This document shows positions 6,181-14,445 of a DNA stretch of 37,199 nucleotides, piece after piece. Under the pieces are notes generated by a model that had not been told where the DNA came from, did no database searches, and saw only the letters and a program-made list of their open reading frames with translations. Origin of the DNA: a virus; IMG/VR virus record IMGVR_UViG_3300045589_000097, positions 1-37,199 of that record, one strand, 5' to 3'. Positions within the stretch are counted from its first letter, which is position 1. Every line of letters begins with the position of its first letter. A program made the position numbers and the translations under genes.

Positions 6181-7092
6181 CTACTCGACCAGATCGTAGA
6201 GGCTGATGATCTGAGTCAGATGCTTAGTTGCCCGGCAATACTCACAGTGCTCACACCGTTTTGGTTCTTCTTCGCCGTTCTTAACGGCTTCAATGCGTGG
6301 CTGTAGTTCCTTAACTCGTTCCAACCAATAGTCCAGCAAATCTTGCGGCATTGAGACCGCCGCTTTATCTGGCGGATCCTGCTTTGATACTGCGATGATG
6401 ACAGGAACGGCTTGAACGCCATATTGCTGTCGAATTAGCTCCTGATACACGGCCATTTGCAGTGGGTAGTTGTAAGCCTCAATGAAAGAACCATAGCGAC
6501 GTTCTTCTGGTAGATAAAAACGCTTGTTGATGTCCATGGTGGTTTTCAAGTCAGCGAAGTATTTATGGTTATCCGCTAAGCAGTCAAGTTTGCCTTTCCA
6601 AGCCACCCCACCGATCTCGCCTTTGACAATGACTTCTTTTTTTCCTTGATAGAACTCTTTGAACTTAGGATCTGTTCGCAAAGTTCTAATCATGTTGTCA
6701 GCAACTTGATATTCTCTTTTGAGCTGTCCTTTTGTTGTACCGCGAGTTGAAATAATCTCTGGATGTTCCTGCTTAAACTTGTTGTGCGCATAGCGGCTTT
6801 GGAAGTAGCTGTGAAGATAGTTGCCGACCAACAAGGCTGTTGGGTCTCGCTTTGGCTTCCACTCGCCCTTCAATTCCGCCAAAGCTTCAGCCTCGCAGGC
6901 CATGAACTTCTTGAACCAAGTCGGTGACTGATACTGCCAATCCATACGATTCGTGTAATAGTTCCTACTTGTTAGCTTGATTCTGGAAGAGGTTCGAAAC
7001 TTCTTTGTCGGTAACTGGCCGATGTTCAGCTCGGTCTGCTTGACTGGTTTCTTTTGGCTTGGCTTCCTTGGCTTCTTTGGTATTTGCAGCAT
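6181..7092 (-). CDS. PD-(D/E)XK-type exonuclease partner of RecT (DUF3799/YqaJ-like), 303 aa
   Basis: KLTSRNYY N-terminal motif, DLKTT core, C-terminal CxxCxxC cluster. ATG at 7092 lies 7 nt after AAGGAGGAG and overlaps the recT 3' end by 128 nt in another frame. The start is uncertain. Confidence 0.6.
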   Translation of the reverse strand: MLQIPKKPRKPSQKKPVKQTELNIGQLPTKKFRTSSRIKLTSRNYYTNRMDWQYQSPTWFKKFMACEAEALAELKGEWKPKRDPTALLVGNYLHSYFQSRYAHNKFKQEHPEIISTRGTTKGQLKREYQVADNMIRTLRTDPKFKEFYQGKKEVIVKGEIGGVAWKGKLDCLADNHKYFADLKTTMDINKRFYLPEERRYGSFIEAYNYPLQMAVYQELIRQQYGVQAVPVIIAVSKQDPPDKAAVSMPQDLLDYWLERVKELQPRIEAVKNGEEEPKRCEHCEYCRATKHLTQIISLYDLVE

Positions 7093-7840
7093 GTTTCGGC
7101 TCCTCCTTCGGCTTGCTATCAATCAGATCATCAAAGTTTGGTGTCACGTCCTTAGGTTCCGCGTTGTCGTACTCATCGGCAGTGGTTTCATTGACCGCTC
7201 CCAGCAAAAGGTCGTTGTCAGAACTGGAGTTGATGAAGAACTTGGCAGCCCGGTTGAGCACCGTTCGCTTAGCCATTTCCTCGGGGAACTCTTGCTGAAC
7301 CTTTTTGGTTTTGGCATGACTCCAACTTTGATCAATCTGCTTCCTGGTCATGATGGTGAAGTTTTCAACACCGTTGTTGTCAACAATGACAGCAAATGCT
7401 GCGGCAATAGCGTTGTCTTGGTTCTCAATGCGTGGCTCAAAGACTTTTACCACAGTGCGCCCCTTATCGGATCCAATCTGGAACTTGTCGCCTTCACGAA
7501 CAACCTCGGCCCAAACATCCTGCACATTATCCAAACGCTTCAGGATCGCCAGGCTACCAAAGTATGAGCGCATCAACGTCAGGTCTTTACCGTAAGGAAT
7601 GAAGTAAACCTGATTCTTAGCTGGGCTGAGACCCTGAATCACCATATTCAGCAATGCTTTAGCTTGCGATTGCGGGGTAGTTTTATCTAACAGTGATGGC
7701 CCTTTGCTGTTATCTGATAGCGTGAGCCAAGCCGAATTCAGCGCATTGCTAGGGCTATAGTTCGCCGGAAGTTTCAAGCCTTCATGCTTCTGCATCTCTG
7801 CGATGCGGTTGTTGACACTTGCTACAATTTCATTTGCCAT
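6965..7840 (-). CDS. recT: RecT-family single-strand annealing recombinase (291 aa)
   Basis: NALNSAWLTL...QVYFIPYGKDLTLMRSYFG...VREGDKF pattern. RBS TAGGAGGAA. Paired with the downstream nuclease. Confidence 0.8.
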   Translation of the reverse strand: MANEIVASVNNRIAEMQKHEGLKLPANYSPSNALNSAWLTLSDNSKGPSLLDKTTPQSQAKALLNMVIQGLSPAKNQVYFIPYGKDLTLMRSYFGSLAILKRLDNVQDVWAEVVREGDKFQIGSDKGRTVVKVFEPRIENQDNAIAAAFAVIVDNNGVENFTIMTRKQIDQSWSHAKTKKVQQEFPEEMAKRTVLNRAAKFFINSSSDNDLLLGAVNETTADEYDNAEPKDVTPNFDDLIDSKPKEEPKHAANTKEAKEAKPKETSQADRAEHRPVTDKEVSNLFQNQANK

Positions 7841-7851
7841 TTCAATTCCTC

Positions 7852-8022
7852 CTAGTAGTCGGCGGCAATTGCTACACCGCCAAGTTCGTTCAATATATAT
7901 TCGCGGATTTCATCTGGATCATCTTTGATCGTGTCACCTTCAGGCCCGATATTCGTGATAACTGCTTCGCCTGAATAAATGGGATCACCCTTCCAATCAA
8001 GCCTTACAATCGTGGTATCCAT
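7852..8022 (-). CDS. Small strongly acidic early protein (56 aa)
   Basis: ATG at 8022 abuts the upstream stop. Its stop sits within the recT RBS. 13 D/E versus 4 K/R. Below the ORF-track cutoff. Confidence 0.45.
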   Translation of the reverse strand: MDTTIVRLDWKGDPIYSGEAVITNIGPEGDTIKDDPDEIREYILNELGGVAIAADY

Positions 8023-8023
8023 T

Positions 8024-8242
8024 TCACTTTGCCGCCTTTCGTGATAAACTTGGGCTATAAATTAATTTGCTTTGCTTTTCATTTCCCGTGGTTGCCGCCA
8101 TGGGATTTTTTTGTGCGCATTTATTGAGCATGATCAAGCTAAGTCGAAACATCCAATCCCAGCCACGATCTGCATGTCCTTTGTAAATGAGGTTCTCGAC
8201 CTGATCGTGCACGTCTTGCCAACACTCTTTTGTATCTCGCAT
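8024..8242 (-). CDS. Hypothetical early protein (72 aa)
   Basis: ORF-track ORF with RBS TAGGAGAAAAG. Confidence 0.55.
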   Translation of the reverse strand: MRDTKECWQDVHDQVENLIYKGHADRGWDWMFRLSLIMLNKCAQKNPMAATTGNEKQSKLIYSPSLSRKAAK

Positions 8243-8253
8243 GTGCTTTTCTC

Positions 8254-8382
8254 CTATTCAATCCACTGCTTCCATCCGCCCACCGCCGTGGCACCGATCA
8301 TGACGCCAGCCATAGCTACAAGCAGATACTTCCAAAACGCTGATGTTGGATCGAGCAGCACTGACATGATTGCTTCTAACAT
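8254..8382 (-). CDS. Small membrane peptide (42 aa)
   Basis: ATG at 8382 after GGGGGT. Contains the TM segment YLLVAMAGVMIGATAVGG. Confidence 0.4.
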   Translation of the reverse strand: MLEAIMSVLLDPTSAFWKYLLVAMAGVMIGATAVGGWKQWIE

Positions 8383-8385
8383 TGC

Positions 8386-8616
8386 CTATACCCCCTGCTG
8401 ACGTGCAAACCAACGCTCCATCTTCTCTGGCTCAACACGCTGGGTCTTACCGGGACCGACAAACGGAGCACCTTTTTTCTTCCAGCGACTAACTGTTGCC
8501 GCTGAAACCTGATAATGTTCCATAACATCCTTGGGCGCCCACCACTCCTTGGGTTTGAATGGCTTACGCTGCTTTTTTGGTTTAGCGACATCAATCAATG
8601 TGAATCCTTGTTCCAT
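8386..8616 (-). CDS. Excisionase-like (HTH_17/MerR-type) DNA-binding protein (76 aa)
   Basis: WWAPKDVMEHYQVSAATVSRWKKKGAPF is the typical Xis/AlpA-type HTH pattern. Confidence 0.5.
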   Translation of the reverse strand: MEQGFTLIDVAKPKKQRKPFKPKEWWAPKDVMEHYQVSAATVSRWKKKGAPFVGPGKTQRVEPEKMERWFARQQGV

Positions 8617-9143
8617 GCCTGCTCATCCTTCCTCATATAATGAAGTTTCTGGTAATGCGGGAGCCTTTCGCTGAAAAGATCCATGATTGAGATGCCTAGC
8701 ATTTCGCAAATAGCATTTAGTTCGGTTAGATCTGCGACTGTGCTATCAAGTTTCTCGAATGCGTATGCTTTCAAGTTTTTAGCGTCATCGCGTGTAAAGT
8801 TGGGGTCATTAGCAAGGCCCTCAATGTCGTGCTCGATGAAAGAAGCTTTCTCCTCGTCTTCTTCTCGTTTGTCGGTGAATAAAAGCCCGCGTAAATCGTG
8901 GTATATTCCGTCACCGCTAAACAGCTTAGGGATTCCTAGAAACAAGTTAGCCATTTCATAGCTTAGTTCGCTGTCATTCATCGAATTGGCAATGTCAGTA
9001 GCCTCATTTGCTCTAATGGGAGTTCCATGAAAATAGTTGTTGATCGTTGAGCGCCCTAATTTTGCTGCATAAGCGATCACCTTCTGTGGTGTTTTGGTTC
9101 TAGTAGCGAACCTATTCAAAGGGCTACTAATTGTTGCTTTCAT
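8595..9143 (-). CDS. Hypothetical early protein with an N-terminal HTH-like segment (182 aa)
   Basis: ATG at 9143 after AAGGAAG. The longer ORF-track start lacks an RBS. Contains PQKVIAYAAKLGRSTINNYFHG. Confidence 0.6.
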   Translation of the reverse strand: MKATISSPLNRFATRTKTPQKVIAYAAKLGRSTINNYFHGTPIRANEATDIANSMNDSELSYEMANLFLGIPKLFSGDGIYHDLRGLLFTDKREEDEEKASFIEHDIEGLANDPNFTRDDAKNLKAYAFEKLDSTVADLTELNAICEMLGISIMDLFSERLPHYQKLHYMRKDEQAWNKDSH

Positions 9144-9208
9144 ACGTTCCACTTCCTTTAAAAGATGAAATATTGGCGGATATTGATTCATGCTAGAGAG
9201 GGCTATGA

Positions 9209-9355
9209 TTAACCCATAGCAAGTTGATCAGCGTCTTCAGCTAGCCATTCGTCAACGTGACCCTTCAACTGCTCGTCCGGCATTTGTTCGAATGCAAAGG
9301 CCGGAACCTCTGGGTAGACGCGGGTCAAAAAATCAATCATTGCTTCGCGTGTCAT
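9209..9355 (-). CDS. Hypothetical small acidic protein (48 aa)
   Basis: ATG at 9355 lies 7 nt after AAGGAGGTGA. The rest of ORF-track ORF 9209-9589 is antisense to the plus-strand gene. Confidence 0.5.
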   Translation of the reverse strand: MTREAMIDFLTRVYPEVPAFAFEQMPDEQLKGHVDEWLAEDADQLAMG

Positions 9356-9442
9356 GTGGATCACCTCCTTAACTTGAAAACTGAATATTGTATGATTGCC
9401 TCCCGCCAAGTGCGATAATTGCATTGAAGGGAGGTGATTAAA

Positions 9443-9628
9443 ATGTACTTTTCGATCCGTAAGGCATCTGATGGCCAATACTACTTCGTGATAAAATCTG
9501 CGAATAATGAAGTCGTGGCGACCAGTGAGCCATACCACCGCAAGGAATCGGCTGTGAAAACAATTGATTCCATTCGGAACGGGATTCATCCGGACTCAGT
9601 CGTTGTGGATGTTACCGATGAGCCTTGA
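9443..9628 (+). CDS. YegP/DUF1508-family protein (61 aa)
   Basis: MYFSIRKASDGQYYFVIKSANNEVVATSEPYHRKESAVKTIDSIR is the DUF1508 repeat signature. RBS GGGAGGTGA. Possible TGcGATAAT extended -10 at 9411-9419. Confidence 0.7.
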   Translation: MYFSIRKASDGQYYFVIKSANNEVVATSEPYHRKESAVKTIDSIRNGIHPDSVVVDVTDEP

Positions 9629-9718
9629 TAGTTTGTTGGATAGCGCAATCAGCTGGGCTGCCTCTTCCAAAAGTGCATCGGCTGTTTGTGCTATTTGTTT
9701 GCGCTCGTTTTCGTTCAT
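9596..9718 (-). CDS. Hypothetical small helical protein (40 aa)
   Basis: ATGA overlap with the cro-like stop. RBS GAGAGGAGG. Its 3' end overlaps the convergent gene 9443-9628. Confidence 0.4.
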   Translation of the reverse strand: MNENERKQIAQTADALLEEAAQLIALSNKLSRLIGNIHND

Positions 9719-9990
9719 TTGATTGCCTCCTCTCGCTGGGCGGAAATGTGTTTAGAAACGGATTTTCTTTTCGATTTTCGCAACGATGAAACGAAAATTT
9801 TTTCATACGGTATTCCTAGCTCTTTCGCCACGGCTGGTATTTCAACTGCTCGGAACCGGTATTCACCCTTTTCACGGCGACTATACTTATCAGTTGAAGG
9901 AAGCCCCAGTATCTGGGCCATGTGCGTTAGTGACATTCCTTTTTTAATTCTTGTGTCTCGAATTAATTTGAGATTGACTTCAAAACTCAT
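9715..9990 (-). CDS. Cro-like XRE-family HTH regulator (91 aa)
   Basis: ATG at 9990 after GGGGGTGA. Contains IKKGMSLTHMAQILGLPSTDKYSRRE. It is the first gene of the early operon, divergent from the repressor. Confidence 0.75.
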   Translation of the reverse strand: MSFEVNLKLIRDTRIKKGMSLTHMAQILGLPSTDKYSRREKGEYRFRAVEIPAVAKELGIPYEKIFVSSLRKSKRKSVSKHISAQREEAIK

Positions 9991-10033
9991 CGGATCACCC
10001 CCTTTTTGCGATATTAGCAATCTCTATAACAGT

Positions 10034-10062
10034 ATAATACATAGCGATATTCGCAAAGTCAA
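10034..10062 (-). promoter_or_regulatory. Early lytic promoter (PR-like)
   Basis: Minus strand reads TTGACT (10062-10057), exact 17-nt spacer, TATTAT (10039-10034). The spacer is filled by operator 10042-10056. Confidence 0.6.
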
Positions 10063-10090
10063 CATTAAATTTGCGAATTAGGAAAAATAA

Positions 10091-10119
10091 TTAGTGAATA
10101 AAGCAAAGGGTGCTATATT
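10091..10119 (+). promoter_or_regulatory. Repressor (lysogeny) promoter
   Basis: TTAGTG 10091-10096, 17-nt spacer, TGcTATATT (-10 at 10114-10119). Operator 10122-10136 lies at the expected start site. Confidence 0.5.
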
Positions 10120-10153
10120 AGTTGCGTAAAGCGCAAAGCGGGAGGCTTATGTA

Positions 10154-10591
10154 ATGGATATTCTTAGAAAACGTCTCATTGATTTACGCGAATCTATGAA
10201 TCTATCTCAGGTGGAACTTGGCAAACGTCTTGGGATCAACAACACTGTGATCAATAAAATTGAAAGTGGGGCTCGTAATGTTTCAGCAAACGAGCTTTCT
10301 AAATTCGCTGAGTTCTATGATGTTTCGACCGACTACCTACTTGGAAAGTCGGAAAAACCTCACTATTACTCGCTAACGAAGAAGGATTACAAAGATGTTG
10401 AAGCCATTCTGAATGACGCAATGAATGGCGTGACGGGTAAGGCCGGGGTTAATTATTTCAAAAATGGGGGCGAACTTACGGATGAAGACCGTGCTTTGTT
10501 AGAAGCCTCAATGAGACAGACAATCATTTTGGCCAAAGAACTCGCAAAAAAGAAGTTCACCCCAAAGAAGTATCGCGGTAGCGAAGAGTGA
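10154..10591 (+). CDS. CI-like / ImmR-like XRE-family repressor (145 aa)
   Basis: LSQVELGKRLGINNTVINKIESGARNVSANEL HTH. RBS GGGAGG. Divergent from the cro-like gene and followed by ImmA. Confidence 0.8.
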   Translation: MDILRKRLIDLRESMNLSQVELGKRLGINNTVINKIESGARNVSANELSKFAEFYDVSTDYLLGKSEKPHYYSLTKKDYKDVEAILNDAMNGVTGKAGVNYFKNGGELTDEDRALLEASMRQTIILAKELAKKKFTPKKYRGSEE

Positions 10592-10609
10592 CTTAGGGGG
10601 TGACTTCTA

Positions 10610-11050
10610 TTGGGATATTCAGAAAGTGAAGCGCTAGCTGCTGCCGATCATATGTCTAATCGATACGGAACTAGTGACCCTTTTAAGCTTGCTAAACTTG
10701 ACGGTATTTCCATTCGTCGAAGTGACCTAGGCAATAATATACTGGGATATAGCATGCAAATTAGCCGTATGCCACTGATAGTCTTGTCCTGGTCGCTTAA
10801 CGATTGTCAGGCAACAGCGGTTTGCGCCCATGAGCTTGGTCATTGCAAAATGCATCGAGGATTAGACACCAACTTTTTTAGCAGAGTGGGAGCTGAGCCT
10901 ATGGTTGGTGATAACGAGTATCAAGCAAACTGTTTTATGTTTGAGCTTGTTTTCGGCGATCAGGAAGTTTCTCCTATGAATTACAATGCTGTTCTGGATC
11001 AGTATGAACTACCCCATTGGATGTGGCGCTACTTTGAAGTTATACATTGA
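10610..11050 (+). CDS. ImmA/IrrE-family zinc metalloprotease (146 aa)
   Basis: HEXXH motif (AHELGHCKMH). TTG start 6 nt after GGGGGTGA. Classic pairing with the preceding repressor. Confidence 0.75.
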   Translation: MGYSESEALAAADHMSNRYGTSDPFKLAKLDGISIRRSDLGNNILGYSMQISRMPLIVLSWSLNDCQATAVCAHELGHCKMHRGLDTNFFSRVGAEPMVGDNEYQANCFMFELVFGDQEVSPMNYNAVLDQYELPHWMWRYFEVIH

Positions 11051-11080
11051 GTCACAAATAATATTGACGGAGGATTAAAA

Positions 11081-11659
11081 ATGGGTCACGAAACACAAAG
11101 ATCTCATCGAGAAATCAAAAAGCCATTTTGGAAAAGTTGGAAATTTTGGATTCTTATAGTAGCAATCATAATTCTAGCTAAGGGTGCAATCAGCTGTACT
11201 AATTACTTATTTTCTGAGCCCCCCGCTCCTTCTAAAAAAGTTTATAAATTGAACAGTAACAAATCGGTAAAGGCGATGCTGAAGCACTATGAACCTGATT
11301 TGAAAGTCACTGAAGTAGGCGGTGTTTATGATGACCCCAAATCAAAAACCGTTCTTGTAACCATTAAAGAAGACAGCGGCGTGGACGACAAATATGCGGT
11401 CAAAACGATGCATGCTGACATCGCGTCAGTTTGGAAGGCATTCAAGAAATCAAAAGGCAATGATTTTGCAAATATAGCTGTCATGGTGACTTATCCATTC
11501 GATGACGCAGGAGGTAATACACATCAGCTAAAGGCCATGACAGCCGATCTAGACGGGTCAAGACTGAATGATTTGAATTTGGAAGGATTCTCTGATGGCA
11601 ATGTTTCAGCGTTTGCTACGAAATACTGGCAACGCAATGACATGCCGTCTATAAAGTGA
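11081..11659 (+). CDS. N-terminally membrane-anchored protein, superinfection-exclusion candidate (192 aa)
   Basis: Single TM segment (FWILIVAIIILAKGAI) followed by a soluble domain. RBS GGAGGA. Located between the repressor module and the integrase. Confidence 0.6.
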   Translation: MGHETQRSHREIKKPFWKSWKFWILIVAIIILAKGAISCTNYLFSEPPAPSKKVYKLNSNKSVKAMLKHYEPDLKVTEVGGVYDDPKSKTVLVTIKEDSGVDDKYAVKTMHADIASVWKAFKKSKGNDFANIAVMVTYPFDDAGGNTHQLKAMTADLDGSRLNDLNLEGFSDGNVSAFATKYWQRNDMPSIK

Positions 11660-11757
11660 TTTATATGTATTGCCCGAAAAGACAGCCGCTGCGGACAGCG
11701 TTGTCTATATAGCTTCATAATATTAACTGATATTATAAAAATATTAAGGGGAAGTTT

Positions 11758-12771
11758 ATGCAAAAAAGAAAACGAGTCATTTGGGTGGACATAGCAAAAG
11801 GCATCACTATTTTTCTTGTTGTATTTGGCCACGCTATCCAAGGCATAGTGTCATCTAAAGGTCTTGATATTAGTGGACCAAACTGGTCGCTTTTTTTTGG
11901 GAAACAATTAATTTATGGTTTCCATATGCCTGCATTTTTTGTAATGAGCGGTTTTTTTACAGGATATATTCATCGGAAATTTATTGGCACCCTTACGGAA
12001 AAGGCAGTTCGCTTGCTTAAGCCTTATTTTGTTTGGAGCTTCATTACCGCCTCAGTGATGCAGGCTTTTTCCTCCTATACGAACTTTGGAATGGGCATTA
12101 GAGATTTCTTGATGTCTCCTATAATACCGTTCTCAGAATACTGGTATTTATACGTTCTTTTCTTTATTAGCTTATTTTACTTAATAATATATCGTATCTT
12201 TGGTTATCGAACAGTTTGGGCTGGCCTATTTGCTGGAATTATTCTTTTTTTAGCAGAACCAATACTGCCGAATGTCTGGATCTTTAAAACCTTTTCCAGA
12301 TTTCTAGTTTATTACGCGATTGGCGCTATAATCTTTAAGCGACTCGATCTTGTGAACAAAATTTTCTATAAAAAAGAAAGCATGATATTGCTTGCATCCA
12401 TAATAGCATTTTCGATTGTCAACATCATTTTATATGAGTTGCTTATGTATAATAGCCATATAGCCTTGTACTACTACTCATTTGTTACATCATTTTTTGG
12501 AGCCGCCTTTATATTTGCTCTGTCAATGAAAGTTGGCCAATTAAATAATCCGCTGACAAAATTTTTCCAATGGCTTGGGTACAATTCAATGCAAGTCTAT
12601 GTTATGCATTTGGTCCCCTTAGCAGGAGCCAGAGTCGTCTTAATGAAACTGGGAATTATAAGTAACTATTGGATGTTGTCTGTTACCATTACTATAATAT
12701 CGTTGGCAATTTGTTGCGTAGCAATTATTATCATTAAAAAAATTGGCATATGCAAGTTACTGTTTGGCTAG
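11758..12771 (+). CDS. Acyltransferase-3 family integral membrane O-acyltransferase (337 aa)
   Basis: N-terminal VIWVDIAKGITIFLVVFGH motif and about 10 TM segments. RBS AAGGGGAAG. Visibly more A+T-rich than the flanking phage DNA. Confidence 0.8.
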   Translation: MQKRKRVIWVDIAKGITIFLVVFGHAIQGIVSSKGLDISGPNWSLFFGKQLIYGFHMPAFFVMSGFFTGYIHRKFIGTLTEKAVRLLKPYFVWSFITASVMQAFSSYTNFGMGIRDFLMSPIIPFSEYWYLYVLFFISLFYLIIYRIFGYRTVWAGLFAGIILFLAEPILPNVWIFKTFSRFLVYYAIGAIIFKRLDLVNKIFYKKESMILLASIIAFSIVNIILYELLMYNSHIALYYYSFVTSFFGAAFIFALSMKVGQLNNPLTKFFQWLGYNSMQVYVMHLVPLAGARVVLMKLGIISNYWMLSVTITIISLAICCVAIIIIKKIGICKLLFG

Positions 12772-12850
12772 ACACCCTTATATCGTTTTGCAATCACACT
12801 CATCATTTTTAGCAAATAACGATGATGGTAAAAAGGAGTGTAGTCAATTG

Positions 12851-12874
12851 ACCCCCGCGTGGGGTTTTATTTTA
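12851..12874 (+). terminator. Intrinsic terminator after the acyltransferase
   Basis: ACCCC 12851-12855 / GGGGT 12861-12865 with a 5-nt loop, then TTTTATTTT. Confidence 0.6.
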
Positions 12875-12935
12875 ATGGAAACACGAACATACGTTTGAAT
12901 TACAAGCTCTAAGAGTTCAAAAGGAGTGCGATATC

Positions 12936-14120
12936 ATGGCATCAATTACCTCATATAAACTAAAAGATGGCAAAAAGGCCTGGGAATTCTATATATTCGC
13001 TGGTGTTGATCCTCAGACAGGAAAAGAAATAAAGATCCATCGGCGCGGTTTTCCAACCGAAAAAACAGCCCAGCAAGAAGCGACTTTAGCTGAGGCCGAA
13101 ATAATCAAAGGCCACTCTCACTACCAAACTGAAAGAATTTTAATGGCTGATTATCTTAATCAGTGGATCACTAAGCTTAAGGTTAATGTCAAAGAGGGAT
13201 CCATGATCATCTATCGATATAACCTTAAGAAATACATTATCCCAAAAATTGGGGATATTCGACTGGCCAAATACACGCTTAAGGAACATCAGGAGTTCAT
13301 CAGCAGTCTATTCAATGATGGCTTGTCGCTTAACACAGTAAAGCTCATCAATGGAACGTTGCACAATGCGTTAAAAAAAGCCGTTGCAATTGGGTACATT
13401 ACTAAAAACCCTACCGTTGGTGTCGAGTTCAGTGCGTATGCTAAAGACAATTCCAAAGAACTTCACTTTTGGACAAAAGATCAAGTTGGATCTTTTATAG
13501 AAGCAGCTGAAGAAGATAAAGAGCCTATGTGGCTATCATTCTTTGTGACACTGATTGACTGCGGGCTTCGTGTGGGTGAAGCCATGGCTCTTCGCTGGTC
13601 AGACATTGACTTCAACAAAAATACCTTATCAGTCAATGCAACACGAATCTATCGTGCTGAAACTGGATCAAACACTGGCAAAATAGCGCTTGATCGTCCC
13701 AAAACATTAAGCTCTAAGAGAACCGAATACATGACCGCTCGAGTAAATGACCTTCTTCAACAACAATATGAGCGCCATTTCAGCCACGGCAACGTACAAG
13801 GTTTTCGGTTTTCTACTAGCCACAATAACGATTTTGTCTTCACCTATTCGTCTGATGCAAAGTTTGGACAACCCCTCCGATCTCGGGCAACGACTGGTGC
13901 TTTTAATCGCATCACCAATCGGGCTGGACTTCCTCACATCCGTATCCATGATTTAAGACACACGCATGCCGTTTTAATGCGTGAGGCAGGATTAAGCCTT
14001 GATGACATCAAAGATGATCTTGGGCATAAAGACATTTCAACCACTCAAATTTATGCTGAAATCTCTCCGGCAAAAAAGAAAGAAAACCATCAACAATTCG
14101 AAAAATACCTAAATCAGTGA
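12936..14120 (+). CDS. int: Tyrosine site-specific integrase with an N-terminal arm-binding domain (394 aa)
   Basis: RVGEAMALRWSDID, HDLRHTHAVLM and GHKDISTTQIYAE catalytic motifs. N-terminus SYKLKDGKKAWEFY is arm-binding-like. Confidence 0.9.
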   Translation: MASITSYKLKDGKKAWEFYIFAGVDPQTGKEIKIHRRGFPTEKTAQQEATLAEAEIIKGHSHYQTERILMADYLNQWITKLKVNVKEGSMIIYRYNLKKYIIPKIGDIRLAKYTLKEHQEFISSLFNDGLSLNTVKLINGTLHNALKKAVAIGYITKNPTVGVEFSAYAKDNSKELHFWTKDQVGSFIEAAEEDKEPMWLSFFVTLIDCGLRVGEAMALRWSDIDFNKNTLSVNATRIYRAETGSNTGKIALDRPKTLSSKRTEYMTARVNDLLQQQYERHFSHGNVQGFRFSTSHNNDFVFTYSSDAKFGQPLRSRATTGAFNRITNRAGLPHIRIHDLRHTHAVLMREAGLSLDDIKDDLGHKDISTTQIYAEISPAKKKENHQQFEKYLNQ

Positions 14121-14126
14121 ACACAA

Positions 14127-14211
14127 AAAGAGCTCCAGAACCTGTGTATAAGTCCGAAGCCTTCACCAAAACTTCACCACGGACTTTTCTAACATGATTC
14201 TGGAGCTCTTT
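14127..14211. repeat. 14-bp perfect inverted repeat bracketing the int-proximal arm sites
   Basis: AAAGAGCTCCAGAA 14127-14140 / TTCTGGAGCTCTTT 14198-14211, followed by a T-rich tract. May also terminate int. Confidence 0.5.
14161..14181 (+). repeat. Putative integrase arm-type binding sites (P arm)
   Basis: CTTCACCA at 14161-14168 and AACTTCACCACG at 14170-14181. The same 12-mer recurs at 14434-14445. Confidence 0.5.
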
Positions 14212-14246
14212 ATTTACCTTATTTCAAAACGCGCAAGCCCTTGCGA

Positions 14247-14321
14247 TTAAAGGCGTGCGTTCAATTCCTTAGTCATATCCTCATAACCCGGACGACCAAG
14301 CAGTGCGAACATGTTCTTCTT
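14247..14321 (-). other. Probable attP core: phage-borne copy of the 3' end of a glucose-6-phosphate isomerase (pgi)-like gene
   Basis: Minus-strand frame reads ...[24 protein letters not shown], which matches my recollection of the Firmicute Pgi C-terminus. It has no start or RBS. The frame is open only from 14387. Confidence 0.45.
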
Positions 14322-14423
14322 GTTGTGATTTGCTTGAGCACTGATTTCATAGGGTTTCAAATCGCCGGTGTAAAAGCAAAAATAGCTCTATATCAATTTC
14401 TTAGGTTTCACAATTTCGGATTC

Positions 14424-14445
14424 ACTTCACCACAACTTCACCACG
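14424..14445 (+). repeat. Putative integrase arm-type binding sites (P' arm)
   Basis: ACTTCACCAC 14424-14433 and AACTTCACCACG 14434-14445 in tandem. Confidence 0.5.

Larger units (their letters stand above)
10006..10136. promoter_or_regulatory. Genetic-switch region with four related operator half-palindromes
   Basis: TTGCGATATTAGCAA 10006-10020, TAGCGATATTCGCAA 10042-10056, TTGCGAATTA 10071-10080, TTGCGTAAAGCGCAA 10122-10136. Apparent consensus TTGCG-N5-CGCAA. Confidence 0.55.

Noticed and set aside
10154-11050. Reading the XRE and HEXXH-protease pair as a toxin-antitoxin or defence system
   Set aside because: The position at the divergent switch next to a cro-like gene and operators fits the standard ImmR/ImmA prophage repressor-antirepressor-protease module.
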